A stretch of 64,000 nucleotides of DNA from Cyanobacteriota bacterium (GCA_033764955.1 JANRIL010000015.1:69918-133917); one strand, 5' to 3'. Numbered from the stretch's first letter, positions 51,292 through 61,401 are shown. Notes: generated by a model not told the origin, from the sequence alone. Program-made: numbers and translations.

Positions 51292-53067
51292 TCAGGCTGT
51301 CTCAAAATCGCCGGTACAACGTAATATCAACACGGTCAGATCATCTGCCAAGGTTTCCGTCAAAACAGCCATTTCCATAATTTTTTCTACCGCCTCTCGA
51401 GCGGAGCTGACTTGCTGCAACAGAGCAATAATGGGGGAAAAATCCTCTTCCAAACTGGGATAAGCATCCAACAGTCCGTCACTATACAAGATCAAGGCAT
51501 CCCCCACCTGAAACCGAATGGAGCCTTGAAAATAGGGATCCCCCGGCAACGCACCTAGGGGGACTCCCCGTGGGGATAATCTCTCGATAGAGCCATTTGC
51601 CCGCAATAACAAAACATGCCCATGTCCGGCATCAATAAACTTGAGGATCTGACTCTCGGTATCAAGCTGAGCATGAAAAAGGGTAACAAAGCTTTCGGAA
51701 CGCAGTAAATCCGGCTCTAGGGCACGGGCGGCATAATAGATGTTCATTTCTGGATCGGTCTGACGACTGACCGCCCGCATCGCCGCCCGTACCGTTGCCA
51801 TGAGTAGCGCCGACGGCAGTCCTTTGCCCATGACATCTCCCAAGGTGAGATTGAGGACTCCGGTTGCGGGGGTTTGCCAATCATAAAAGTCGCCACTCAC
51901 TTCACGGGCAGGAATGCAACGAGCCGCCAACTCAAAACCCGACAACACCGGCACCTGCCGGGGCAAAAGTTCTGCCTGAATTTGAGCCGCACGAGCCATC
52001 TCTGCTTGCAGTTGGGCACTTAAGGAGGCGTTTTGGCGGCGCAGGGAGAGTCGTTCGACCGTGCGCTTGAGAACGGCCTGAAACTCGGTGAGATCAAAAG
52101 GTTTGTGGAGATAGTCATCAGCCCCCCGCCGCAAAGCATCAATCGCTACCTTAATCGAGCCATAGGCGGTTGTCATGATCACTCCAATGTCTAACCCCCG
52201 TTGCCGCACCTCCTGCAACACCTCTAGTCCACTCATCCCCTCCATCAAAATATCCAGAAAGATCAGATCGGGTCGTGCTTCCTCTAAACGCAGCAGGGCT
52301 TCTTCTCCACTAAACGCCGCCTCCACCTGATATCCACAAACCTGAAGCCACTTTTGCAGCAGTTGGTTGATTTCGCTATCATCATCCACTACCATCACCC
52401 GTTCGATCCGCTCCGCCTCACTGCCCACGCTTGGCATGGTGCGAATCCAAAGGTCAGATTCATTGGCGAGATCCTCTGGGGTTTTCGGATGAGGAGAAAC
52501 CTCTGGGCAAGGGATCCCCGATGCAGAGTCAGCAGGTTTGGGTGGGCTGGAGGGAGAGAACACCGGCATCCCTGGGGCTTCTGGGGAGGGGGAGGGCAAA
52601 AGCTGGACGTGATAGCCCTGGTTCTGCCATTCCTGCTGGAGGCGTTGGCTGAGATCAGGATCATCGCTATAAAAATAGATCCGGCTGGGGGGGGGATCCA
52701 TCACGGGTGGAGGAGCCACCACTGCTTGCCGCATCGCGGCGATCAACTCAGAAATTTGCGCCATTCGCTCCCAGGACAGAGGCGGATCCGCAAGCATCAA
52801 CTCACTGCAATAATTTTCTAGGGCACGCGAACAGTCGCTCAACGCCTTAAAGCCAAAGGTTGCCCCGGATCCTGCTATTCGGTGAGCCAAGCGATGCAGC
52901 GTAGGCAACCACTCAGGATGAGTCGGATCCACCTGTAACTGCTGCCAAGTCCGATCAATTTCCTCAATTTTGCCCAAGAGCTGCTGACTATAGGCTTGTT
53001 GCAACACCTGAAATTGGGCTTTTAATTCGGAACTGTTCATAATACTTATACCCAAAGCCCTTGACAT
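51292..53067 (-). CDS. Hpt-receiver-PP2C (SpoIIE/RsbU-type) phosphatase
   Basis: HRIAGSGATFG Hpt, receiver DILM, VSGDFYD, GDVMGKG, YSDGL, DDLT. Confidence 0.9.
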   Translation of the reverse strand: MSRALGISIMNSSELKAQFQVLQQAYSQQLLGKIEEIDRTWQQLQVDPTHPEWLPTLHRLAHRIAGSGATFGFKALSDCSRALENYCSELMLADPPLSWERMAQISELIAAMRQAVVAPPPVMDPPPSRIYFYSDDPDLSQRLQQEWQNQGYHVQLLPSPSPEAPGMPVFSPSSPPKPADSASGIPCPEVSPHPKTPEDLANESDLWIRTMPSVGSEAERIERVMVVDDDSEINQLLQKWLQVCGYQVEAAFSGEEALLRLEEARPDLIFLDILMEGMSGLEVLQEVRQRGLDIGVIMTTAYGSIKVAIDALRRGADDYLHKPFDLTEFQAVLKRTVERLSLRRQNASLSAQLQAEMARAAQIQAELLPRQVPVLSGFELAARCIPAREVSGDFYDWQTPATGVLNLTLGDVMGKGLPSALLMATVRAAMRAVSRQTDPEMNIYYAARALEPDLLRSESFVTLFHAQLDTESQILKFIDAGHGHVLLLRANGSIERLSPRGVPLGALPGDPYFQGSIRFQVGDALILYSDGLLDAYPSLEEDFSPIIALLQQVSSAREAVEKIMEMAVLTETLADDLTVLILRCTGDFETA

Positions 53068-53256
53068 CCAAAGCCCTTAGTCTTCTGTTTGGCAACAAAA
53101 CAGCTACGATACAAAACAGTGGGGTTATTCTTCCCCTAGTTTGAGGATCCCACAGGTAGGGATACGGATCCTCACTCCATCATGCCTCCTCATGATTGCC
53201 CACCACCTTCCCTCCACCCGGTTTTTGTCCTCGATTTTTGGCAAGCGAGTCATCCT

Positions 53257-53556
53257 GTGAGCGTATCTTTACCCTTCTTGAGTAACTGGATCCTACATCC
53301 TTTACTAGCAACCTATATTCTTCTGTTTGTTTTGCGAATTTTTCTGTCTTGGTATCCTCAGCTCGATACTCAACATCCTCCTTATAACTGGGTTGTGGCT
53401 GCTACCGAATTTTTGCTCAAACCCACCCGTCGGTTGATTCCTCCCTTGGGAGGGGTGGATATGACTCCGGTGGTCTGGGTTGGATTGGTGGCGTTGCTCC
53501 GTGAGTTGTTGTTGGGGCAACAGGGGCTATTGACCATGATTCAGTTAGCCTATTAG
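53257..53556 (+). CDS. YggT family membrane protein (GTG 53257 preferred)
   Basis: RIFLSWYP, TEFLLKPTRRLIPPLGGVDMTP. Confidence 0.88.
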   Translation: MSVSLPFLSNWILHPLLATYILLFVLRIFLSWYPQLDTQHPPYNWVVAATEFLLKPTRRLIPPLGGVDMTPVVWVGLVALLRELLLGQQGLLTMIQLAY

Positions 53557-53620
53557 TTCCTGGAAAATAGGATTCACTTACTCGATATTGGTTTGGGATA
53601 ACTGAGCTAAAGCAAATAGT

Positions 53621-53747
53621 CTATAGCAAGCCCAAGTGATTTGTAAAAACTACCCCCCAAGCTCCTCTTGATAAAGGGGGTGCCCGATAGGGGGAGAGTA
53701 TCCTTAGGAGACCTTAGCTTTCACGACTCTTATTAAGATTGCTATAG
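53621..53747. repeat. MITE-like element bounded by CTATAGCAA / TTGCTATAG
   Basis: 9-bp terminal inverted repeat; internal C-run/G-run hairpin (CCCCCC...GGGGG); lies between convergent genes. Confidence 0.6.
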
Positions 53748-53763
53748 CGGGATCAGCAAAACT

Positions 53764-54300
53764 CTAGGAACAGAGATATCCCAAAGCTTTTAACTTGTCG
53801 ATCACTTTTTGGCTGCTCTCCTCAATTGTTTCTTGATCGGTATTGCAAATAACTTCGGGATGAAGCGGGGGTTCATAGGGATCACTGATCCCCGTAAAAT
53901 TAGGAATTTCTCCCAGCCGTGCCTTTCGGTATAATCCTTTAACATCCCGAGCTTCACAAACTGAAAGCGGGGCATTGACATAAACTTCTACAAAATCTCC
54001 GATCAATTGGCGAGCTTGATCGCGGGCTTCTCGATAAGGAGAAATGGCTGAGACAATCACTATCACCTGATTGCGAGTCAGTAGATGGGCGACAAATCCG
54101 ATGCGGCGAATGTTTTCGTTGCGATCCGCCTGACTAAACCCCAAATCTTTGGTCAGATTTTGTCGCACCACATCTCCGTCCAAAACCTCGATCCGGGATC
54201 CCATCGTTCGCAATACCTTTTCCACATGGCGGCTGACGGTAGTTTTGCCCGCTCCACTTAGCCCTGTAAACCAGATGGTCACACCTTTATGATTGGTCAT
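53764..54300 (-). CDS. cysC: Adenylyl-sulfate kinase
   Basis: WFTGLSGAGKTT, LDGD, ISPY, RDVKGLY, FTGISDPYE. Confidence 0.96.
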   Translation of the reverse strand: MTNHKGVTIWFTGLSGAGKTTVSRHVEKVLRTMGSRIEVLDGDVVRQNLTKDLGFSQADRNENIRRIGFVAHLLTRNQVIVIVSAISPYREARDQARQLIGDFVEVYVNAPLSVCEARDVKGLYRKARLGEIPNFTGISDPYEPPLHPEVICNTDQETIEESSQKVIDKLKALGYLCS

Positions 54301-54403
54301 GTTTGGGGATCCACGCGATGGGATATAGAGAGGTGAGGGGATCAAAAGTCTTGGCGGACTAGCTCTAGGGCATTATCCAGCAGAAGTAAGCAGAAAGCTG
54401 TGA

Positions 54404-55339
54404 TCAACCCACTTGCTTTTCCAACCAAAATGCCACCTGTTCGGCTAAATCTAATCCCTGCAAACGACTGATCTCTTGGAGCATGGTGGGACTGGTGACA
54501 TTGATTTCCGTGAGCCGTTCCCCAATCACATCCAACCCAACAAAGTATAGTTTCTCGCGTCGCAAAACGGGAGCAATAGCCTCGCACAGTCGCCGTTCCT
54601 GTTCTGTGATCTCCGTTGCGGCTACATGACCTCCCGCCGCAATGTTACCGCGAAAATCCCCTTGGCCTGGGATCCGATTCACCGCCCCCAAGATCTCTCC
54701 TGCCAAGAGCAAAATCCGTTTATCCCCCTGGGTGGCCGCCGGCAGGTATTCTTGCAGCATGACGGGCAGTTGTCCCTGCTGGGTACTGATTTCGATGAGG
54801 GAGTTGAGGTTAGGATCCCCCCAGCTTAAAAATAGGATCCCTTCCCCACCTTTTCCGCCCAGGGGTTTGAGCACTGTTCTGCCCTCCTGCTCGATGAAGC
54901 GAAGCAGCGTAGCTTTGTTGGCGCTCACCATCGTGCGCGGGATCCACTCCCCAAATTGCAGAGCAAACAGCTTTTCGTTGGCGGAGCGTAACCCTGCCGG
55001 ATGGTTGAGGACCAGCGTAGGAGGGGGGATCAGATCCAACAAATAGGTGGCATAGAGATAGGCGGTGTCTACGGGGGGATCCTTCCGCATCCAGACTGCT
55101 TGCAGACTACTTAGGGGAACCTGGAGGTGATCCACCACCTCGTACCAGAGAGATTGACTCAAATCCAGCCGGAGCTGATAACAATTCCCCCAAGTTTCCC
55201 CAGCCTGAACAAACAAATCGGATAGCTGCAAGCTCAACACTTGGTGTCCCCGTCCCTGAAGAGCAGACATCAAGGCCAAACTGGTATCATGATTGGCCTG
55301 CAATCGATCCAGGGGATCCAAAATAAACGCTACCCGCAT
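54404..55339 (-). CDS. gshB: Glutathione synthetase
   Basis: MRKDPP, NEK, GDKR, RGNIAAGG, EINVTSPT. Confidence 0.96.
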   Translation of the reverse strand: MRVAFILDPLDRLQANHDTSLALMSALQGRGHQVLSLQLSDLFVQAGETWGNCYQLRLDLSQSLWYEVVDHLQVPLSSLQAVWMRKDPPVDTAYLYATYLLDLIPPPTLVLNHPAGLRSANEKLFALQFGEWIPRTMVSANKATLLRFIEQEGRTVLKPLGGKGGEGILFLSWGDPNLNSLIEISTQQGQLPVMLQEYLPAATQGDKRILLLAGEILGAVNRIPGQGDFRGNIAAGGHVAATEITEQERRLCEAIAPVLRREKLYFVGLDVIGERLTEINVTSPTMLQEISRLQGLDLAEQVAFWLEKQVG

Positions 55340-55532
55340 AGCTACCTAGCACCCAACTGAGAAATTATGGAGCAGAAACCGCCTGCTCTCGTCCTCATCC
55401 TACGGCACAGCAGAGCCTAGTAGGGGCATGAACGGCTAGCCGGGAAAACCACCGGACTTTTTTAATGATTTATTAACCCATTTGGCTCCGTGACCAGTTA
55501 GTTTAGTAACAATTGGAGCTTGGCTGACCCTT

Positions 55533-56279
55533 ATGTTGGGATCCCAGAGTGTGACAACTCCACCATCAGAACGGCCGGAACCTCTACGCATCGAGACGAC
55601 CCGTGATCTTTTGGATGCGATTCGCAACAAGCATTCTCTGTTGGGGGCTGACTTAGAGAATGCCACCCTGTCGCGGGGATTGTTCGATCGGATTCAGATG
55701 CCCAAAGCCTCCTTTCATAAGGCAAATTTGCGCGGCATCAGCATGAAAAATGCCGATCTGCGGTTGGCGGTATTTCGGCGAGCCGAGTTGGAACGAGGTA
55801 ATTTTACGGCAGCCGATCTGCGGGGGGCTAATTTTGCTCAGGCGATGGGAGATTACTGTGTCCTCACCCAATGCAAACTCGATAAATGTTCTTTTCAGAC
55901 CAGCCGCTTTACTAATGCCTCCTTCAAACAGACCAGTTTGATTGCTGCCAGTTTGGCAGAGGGTAATTTTTTTGAATCGGATTTCGAGGGATCCGTCCTG
56001 CAACGAGCCAATCTCACCAATGCCTCCCTGATGAGTTGCAATTTGACGGGAGCCGACCTGAGACAGGCAGTTTTGGTAGGAACCACCTTGCAGGGGAGTA
56101 ACCTGACTAGCCTGCAAATTGAAGGAGCTGATTTTACGGAAGCCAAGCTTTCCGATGACCAACGGGCTTTCCTGCTGGATATCGCTTCTGGCATCAATGA
56201 AACCACCGGTAGAGAAACCATCGAAACTCTGCGAAGTGGCTCCTCCCCCAAATCCAAAAAGAAATTCGGTCTATTTTGA
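55533..56279 (+). CDS. Pentapeptide repeat protein
   Basis: Tandem A(D/N)Lxx repeats; ASGINETTGRET C-terminal cap. Confidence 0.92.
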   Translation: MLGSQSVTTPPSERPEPLRIETTRDLLDAIRNKHSLLGADLENATLSRGLFDRIQMPKASFHKANLRGISMKNADLRLAVFRRAELERGNFTAADLRGANFAQAMGDYCVLTQCKLDKCSFQTSRFTNASFKQTSLIAASLAEGNFFESDFEGSVLQRANLTNASLMSCNLTGADLRQAVLVGTTLQGSNLTSLQIEGADFTEAKLSDDQRAFLLDIASGINETTGRETIETLRSGSSPKSKKKFGLF

Positions 56280-56530
56280 AGTCACCGCTCATGGACTCCC
56301 GCTGCCGCCCAGCTTTGTTGGCTAGTTCCAGAAATGATTCAGGAAATTTACCCCGCCATTAGCCTACGGGTTTTCTTTTTTGTAAAGTTAACGATTGAAG
56401 GATCCCATCGGCACATCGTCGGGGATCCCGTTATCGAACCTGTGAATGGATAGTTTCTGTTGTCAAGGATCATGCTCTGCATACTTAGGTATGGGCGAGC
56501 TTTCAGGTGTGAGGCGTTAGGAGGAGTGAT

Positions 56531-57160
56531 GTGGTGAAAATGCGACTGACATCGGTGGTGAAAAACGCAACCTTGCGCGTAAAGACCCTGTTGAGAACCT
56601 TACAACAACAGGAAGGTGGCGGCAAGAAACAGCGAGCCAGAGGGCTGTGGTCTGCCTTGACGCTGCCCCTGTTGTTAACCCTGCCCAGTTGGGCACTAAC
56701 CGGGGTAGAACGACCCAGCTTGGGGAGTCTGAAGCGGGCGGAAGTGATCCGTGTCCTTAACGAAAATACCCTGGTGGTGCAGGTGGTGGGAGAAATGGAG
56801 ATGCGATTGGTCTCCTTAATTGGGGTGGATCCATTACCTCCCATCAATCCAGCCTGGACTTCCCTGACGGGTGAGACCCCCTTAGCTCTCTACCATTCCG
56901 GCCAATTTTTACAAGAGGCCATCAATCGACAAGAGATTTATTTGGAAGAAGATCCGCAAATTGGCAGTTTTGAGGGAGTCACGCCTGCTTATGTTTGGAG
57001 AGGAACTCATTTGGTGAATCAAGAGCAGCTTTTTCAAGGACATGGGCTTTTGAATGAAGAAGCTACCACTCTTAAGTACGGCGATATTTTGGCCGAAGCC
57101 GCTCAGGTAGCTCAAAAACAGGGACGGGGCATCTGGACTTTTTATGGCCCGCAGCCCTAA
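56531..57160 (+). CDS. Thermonuclease (SNase)-like exported protein
   Basis: LIGVDP, AYVW, VNQEQLFQGHG, AQKQGRGIW; catalytic residues missing. Confidence 0.72.
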   Translation: MVKMRLTSVVKNATLRVKTLLRTLQQQEGGGKKQRARGLWSALTLPLLLTLPSWALTGVERPSLGSLKRAEVIRVLNENTLVVQVVGEMEMRLVSLIGVDPLPPINPAWTSLTGETPLALYHSGQFLQEAINRQEIYLEEDPQIGSFEGVTPAYVWRGTHLVNQEQLFQGHGLLNEEATTLKYGDILAEAAQVAQKQGRGIWTFYGPQP

Positions 57161-57318
57161 TCCAGCCCTCATTCACAACCCCCATTCAATAGGGGATCCC
57201 CAACTATTTACTGTCACTCCTGCTATAGAGAAAAAATCACGCCACCAGCAGAACCAAAATCAGGGAAAATACGTCAGAACCTCTTGGTGTTTCTATCAAT
57301 TTGTGAGGAACTGATTTC

Positions 57319-58761
57319 ATGTCTGCATCCACCCCCCGCCAACCTGCTGGGCTACTTCTCTCCTTACTAGCAGGAGCAACCCTTTTCACTTCCGCTTGTG
57401 GTAGTAATAGCTCTTCTAGCTCAGTCCCTGAACCCACGGAACCGTTTACCGTCAACGGAACTGTTGTGGCCAGCATTGAGGTGGATGGGGCTGAAATTTT
57501 GGATACCTCTGCCGATGGAAGTTTTGCGGTGGCGGTGGGGGGCGATACCCTCTCATTGGTGTCGATCAGTGGCAGCAGCCTGTCATTGGTGGGAACCTTG
57601 GTCTTGCCCGAAGCCAATCTACCGGAAGGATCTGGCGAAGCAGAATTTACGGGAACTTCCATTAGTCCCGATGGCAGTTTTGCTCTAGTGGGGGTCAAAG
57701 ACAACGATGATGCCAACCTAGATAGTTTTAATGAAGTGGCGGGGAAGGTGATTGCGGTCAGTCTGCCAGGGCTGCAAGTCATTGGTGAAGTCACGGTGGG
57801 ACGTGGTCCCGACTCGATTGACATTGCTCCCAACGGCGAGTTTGCTGCCGTCGCCAACGAAGATGAAGAGGATGAAGAAGCGCTACCTGGCCCCCGTCCG
57901 GGTTCCGTCTCCATCTTGGATCTGCGGAATGGCGCTGCCAACCTGACGGAAATTGAGCAGGTGGCAATTCCCCCCGCAGGGATCCCGGTTTTCCCCAGCG
58001 ATCCCCAGCCGGAAACTGTGGTGGTGGCTCCCGATAGTAGCTATGTCTTGGCTACTCTGCAAGAAAATAACGCCGTGGCACGCATCGAGATCAACAGTTT
58101 GGCCGCAGGTGGCTTCAGTGTCACCAATTTTGATGCCGGACAGCGCACAGGTCAGGGGTTCATCCAGGGAGAACTGGGGGATCCCACTTGTCTATCTAGC
58201 AACGGCTATGCGGGCGGTACATTAGAGGCATTTACCTCTTCCCGCGAGCCGGATGGGATTGCTATCACATCCCTGGGCACTTTTGTTACTGCCGATGAAG
58301 ATAATGTGGCGGTAGCCGCCAGTGGAGCAGGGATTGGCGGGCCTTTTGGTTCTCGTAGCATCAGTGTGTTTGATGCCTTCTCAGGAGCCTTCTTGGGGGA
58401 TAGTAGCAACTCGATTGAAGCCGCCGTGGTCTCGGAACGCTTGCCCCAACGGTGTGATGCCAAAGGCCCCGAACCGGAAGTAGTGGATGTGGGTGAGATT
58501 GAAGGAAGAACTCTGGCCTTTGCTTCCCTAGAGCGCGCTGATGCCATCACCATCCACGACATCACGGATCCCAGCGATATTCAACTGTTGGATATCGTTG
58601 TTTTGGTTCCCGATCCAGCGGATCCGAACTATGTGGTGGGCAACGATCAAGAAGCCAAGCTAGAACCCGAAGGGATCAAGTTTATTCCCTCCCGCAATCA
58701 AGTCATGACTTCTAACCCAGAAGCAGGCAGTCTCACCCTGATCAACCTGGCAGTCAACTAG
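57319..58761 (+). CDS. Acidic beta-propeller lipoprotein (choice-of-anchor I / alkaline-phosphatase-associated type)
   Basis: Lipobox FTSAC, GPDS, VANED, LQENNAVA, TADED, KGPEPE, LER, PEG. Confidence 0.75.
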   Translation: MSASTPRQPAGLLLSLLAGATLFTSACGSNSSSSSVPEPTEPFTVNGTVVASIEVDGAEILDTSADGSFAVAVGGDTLSLVSISGSSLSLVGTLVLPEANLPEGSGEAEFTGTSISPDGSFALVGVKDNDDANLDSFNEVAGKVIAVSLPGLQVIGEVTVGRGPDSIDIAPNGEFAAVANEDEEDEEALPGPRPGSVSILDLRNGAANLTEIEQVAIPPAGIPVFPSDPQPETVVVAPDSSYVLATLQENNAVARIEINSLAAGGFSVTNFDAGQRTGQGFIQGELGDPTCLSSNGYAGGTLEAFTSSREPDGIAITSLGTFVTADEDNVAVAASGAGIGGPFGSRSISVFDAFSGAFLGDSSNSIEAAVVSERLPQRCDAKGPEPEVVDVGEIEGRTLAFASLERADAITIHDITDPSDIQLLDIVVLVPDPADPNYVVGNDQEAKLEPEGIKFIPSRNQVMTSNPEAGSLTLINLAVN

Positions 58762-58933
58762 ACCAGCCAAACTAAGGGATCCCTTCCCTTTGGGGGACTG
58801 TGGGTAAGTTGCCCATTTTCCGGGATCCCTTTGCCCTTGTCGGCAACCCAAAACTTGTATCCACGGGCTTGAGGGGCGGTGCTAAACTGCTCATCAACAC
58901 TCACCCTTTTGGCTCCCTTTGGGTTTGGGGATC

Positions 58934-59551
58934 ATGGCTACTCGCAAGCAGCAATACACCGCCTATCTACCGGATGACCTCAGCCACGCTCTCCTACAGT
59001 GGCAACACCAACAAGGGATCCCCTCAACTAGTGCGGCGATTGTCAGAATTGTCCAGACCTATTTGCAGACCCAGGGTGGTAGTGCAACGACCCAACCTCC
59101 GCTAGCCCCAGCAAATGCTTGCTCTGAGAGCGACCTGGAAAAGCGATTGGAGGCAAAGATAGCGGTTTTGCAACAAGAAATCGCAGATCTCCGGCAAGCC
59201 TGGAGGGAGGGGCAGCAGGGGATCCCGTCGGATCCACCATCCCAAGAGTCCATGCCCTCATCCCTCCCGATCCACCTATCCACCCGAGATTGGGTCAATC
59301 CTCCAACCCCACCGAGTCCGCTTGTCCGTCCCGTGGTTGCTGCTGCCCCCTCTTCAGCCTCTGGATTTCAGGTGGGAGATTTGGTTCGCTACTATTCGCG
59401 GGGGCGCAACCTAATCGAGCGGGTTTTAGAAGTCATCCCAACCGTCCACGGCATTGACCAACTGCTGTTGCCTAGTGGTCGCATGACGCTGAGTGGCCCA
59501 GAATTGGATCGCTTTCCCTCTACGATGGTGGTTCTCTATCAGGAAAGTTAG
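58934..59551 (+). CDS. Hypothetical protein: RHH-like N-terminus, coiled coil, SH3/KOW-like C-terminus
   Basis: YTAYLPDDL...SAAIVRIVQTYL; FQVGDLVRY. Confidence 0.6.
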   Translation: MATRKQQYTAYLPDDLSHALLQWQHQQGIPSTSAAIVRIVQTYLQTQGGSATTQPPLAPANACSESDLEKRLEAKIAVLQQEIADLRQAWREGQQGIPSDPPSQESMPSSLPIHLSTRDWVNPPTPPSPLVRPVVAAAPSSASGFQVGDLVRYYSRGRNLIERVLEVIPTVHGIDQLLLPSGRMTLSGPELDRFPSTMVVLYQES

Positions 59552-59581
59552 CCCAGAGATTCAGTCATTTTTAGGGATAAG

Positions 59582-59896
59582 ATGCCTCCCTCTCCCGATC
59601 CGATTGAGCGGTTAGCCTCGGTAGCGGATCGATTTATCGATGCTTCTACAGCACGGTTTAACCAACAAGATGAACGTATCGAACAGTGGATTGATGTAAC
59701 CAGTCGCCGCTTTCAGTAGCAGGATGAGCGAATGGAGCAGTTGATTGATGGTCAGCTAGCCCTACAGCGACTAGGGGGTCACCTATCTGACGTTGTGCTG
59801 GAGATTCGCCAAGAGTCTCAACAGCTCCAGCAACGACAAGCAGAATCGGATCAACGCTTTGAGATTTTGCTTCAAGAAATCTGCTATTTGATTTGA
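59582..59896 (+). pseudogene. Coiled-coil protein gene interrupted by an in-frame TAG
   Basis: MPPSPDPIERL...RRFQ*QDERMEQ...QRFEILLQEICYLI*; TAG at 59717-59719 falls inside a repeated RF-QQDER motif. Confidence 0.6.
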
Positions 59897-59940
59897 CGAG
59901 AGGAGGGATCCCAGCCTTGAGTTTCCTGACAGTGGGTCAG

Positions 59941-61401
59941 TCAAATTCCTAAGTCAAATACCTCTGGGGTAAACATGCCATGCAACCCATAGGGAACGTG
60001 ATGCTTGAGGTGAAGTAGGGCTAAGGGTTTCTTACTAAACGATTGCGCGTCTAAGATAGCCACCATGGATCGTTGGGTAGCCGCATTAAAGACGAGGACG
60101 ATCACCCAGCCATCATCCTCTGCCGTTGATCCAGGCCGGGGCACATAAACAGGCTCGCCAACGAAACCACGGGGAGCAAAGCTATGCAACTCTTGCTGGC
60201 CAGTTTTGACATCCACTTTCAGGATGGCTTGCAGGGGGGCATTTTTCCCAATGGCATGGGTAGCCCCAATGTAGATGTAGCGATGGGATCCCCCCACTGT
60301 GCGCGGGTGAATGGTGGGGAACTCTACGGAACGTTCACTTAAAGGATAACGGTTGACCGTTTTGGTTAAGAGATCCAACTCAAAACGATAGAGCTTTCCG
60401 GCGGGCACATAGTCAAAATTGATCTGGCGATAGTCTTCGTTGGGCTTCAGGCTAGGATACTCCTCATAAAAAATCACATCCATCACCAGTTGCTGATCTG
60501 CCTGCTCAAAACCATTGACATAGTGAAAGACAAATCCTGGCTCTGTCTCTAGGGTGATCATCTCCCCCTGCCAGTTAAAAATCAAAATACGGGTGGCTGC
60601 CTTGGGATCCAGTTTTAGACAGGTTCCCGCACTTTGCCAACCCAAAATAAACGGAAGCGGGTTAAAGGAAACGGGATTTTGGAAGAAAACTCGGTAGTGG
60701 GGAGTCCAGACAAAATCATGCAAAAAGGCAAATCCTGGAATGCGATGCTCTGATTTTTCTACCAACTGACCTTGGGGATTGATCCGATAAAAAAGCAAGG
60801 TAGAATCCAGACCAGCCCGCACCCCAAAGGCGAACAAATCTCCAGTATGGGGATCCAATTTGGGATGAGCCGTAAAGGGATCCTTATTCCCTAAAACTCC
60901 AGCAAATGTTTCCTGTTGCCGCGTCTCTAGAGTGACTGGATCCAATTGATAGGGAAGACTAGCCTCCCAGAGTGCCCATAACTTTTGAGCATGATAGATG
61001 ACATGAGTATTGGCGGGATTTTTGAATTGCAGATCAAAGCAGTTGGCTAACCAGCCCCCTGGCTTTTGTGTGCCGAAGACACCCCGATAAAGGATTTTTC
61101 CGGCTGCTTGTTCCGCCAGAAATTCGGGGGTTTTGACAAAGGCATTGGCGAAATGTGCCCGTCCCGCCTGGAACTGAATGCGGGCAATCATGCCGTCCCC
61201 GTCAAAGGGATGACCATAGAGATGATCCTTAACCCCCAGACGACCAGGGCCATTGCGAAACAGGCATCCCTCCAACTCTGCGGGAATCTGCCCCTCCACC
61301 TCATCAATCCAATAGCTGTGTTCCTGCAAAAGCGAGGCATAGCCCTGCTGCCAGTCGGCATTGCTATAGCTGCGGGAAGTGGGGGTAGCTGCCGTTACCA
61401 T
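59941..61401 (-). CDS. Carotenoid cleavage oxygenase (apocarotenoid oxygenase family)
   Basis: RNGPG, HPFDGDG, four Fe-binding His (AHPK, HDF, FHY, LHG), EDDG. Confidence 0.92.
   Translation of the reverse strand: MVTAATPTSRSYSNADWQQGYASLLQEHSYWIDEVEGQIPAELEGCLFRNGPGRLGVKDHLYGHPFDGDGMIARIQFQAGRAHFANAFVKTPEFLAEQAAGKILYRGVFGTQKPGGWLANCFDLQFKNPANTHVIYHAQKLWALWEASLPYQLDPVTLETRQQETFAGVLGNKDPFTAHPKLDPHTGDLFAFGVRAGLDSTLLFYRINPQGQLVEKSEHRIPGFAFLHDFVWTPHYRVFFQNPVSFNPLPFILGWQSAGTCLKLDPKAATRILIFNWQGEMITLETEPGFVFHYVNGFEQADQQLVMDVIFYEEYPSLKPNEDYRQINFDYVPAGKLYRFELDLLTKTVNRYPLSERSVEFPTIHPRTVGGSHRYIYIGATHAIGKNAPLQAILKVDVKTGQQELHSFAPRGFVGEPVYVPRPGSTAEDDGWVIVLVFNAATQRSMVAILDAQSFSKKPLALLHLKHHVPYGLHGMFTPEVFDLGI

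Noticed and set aside
55533..56279. Internal nucleotide periodicity
   Set aside because: Fully explained by pentapeptide repeat coding.
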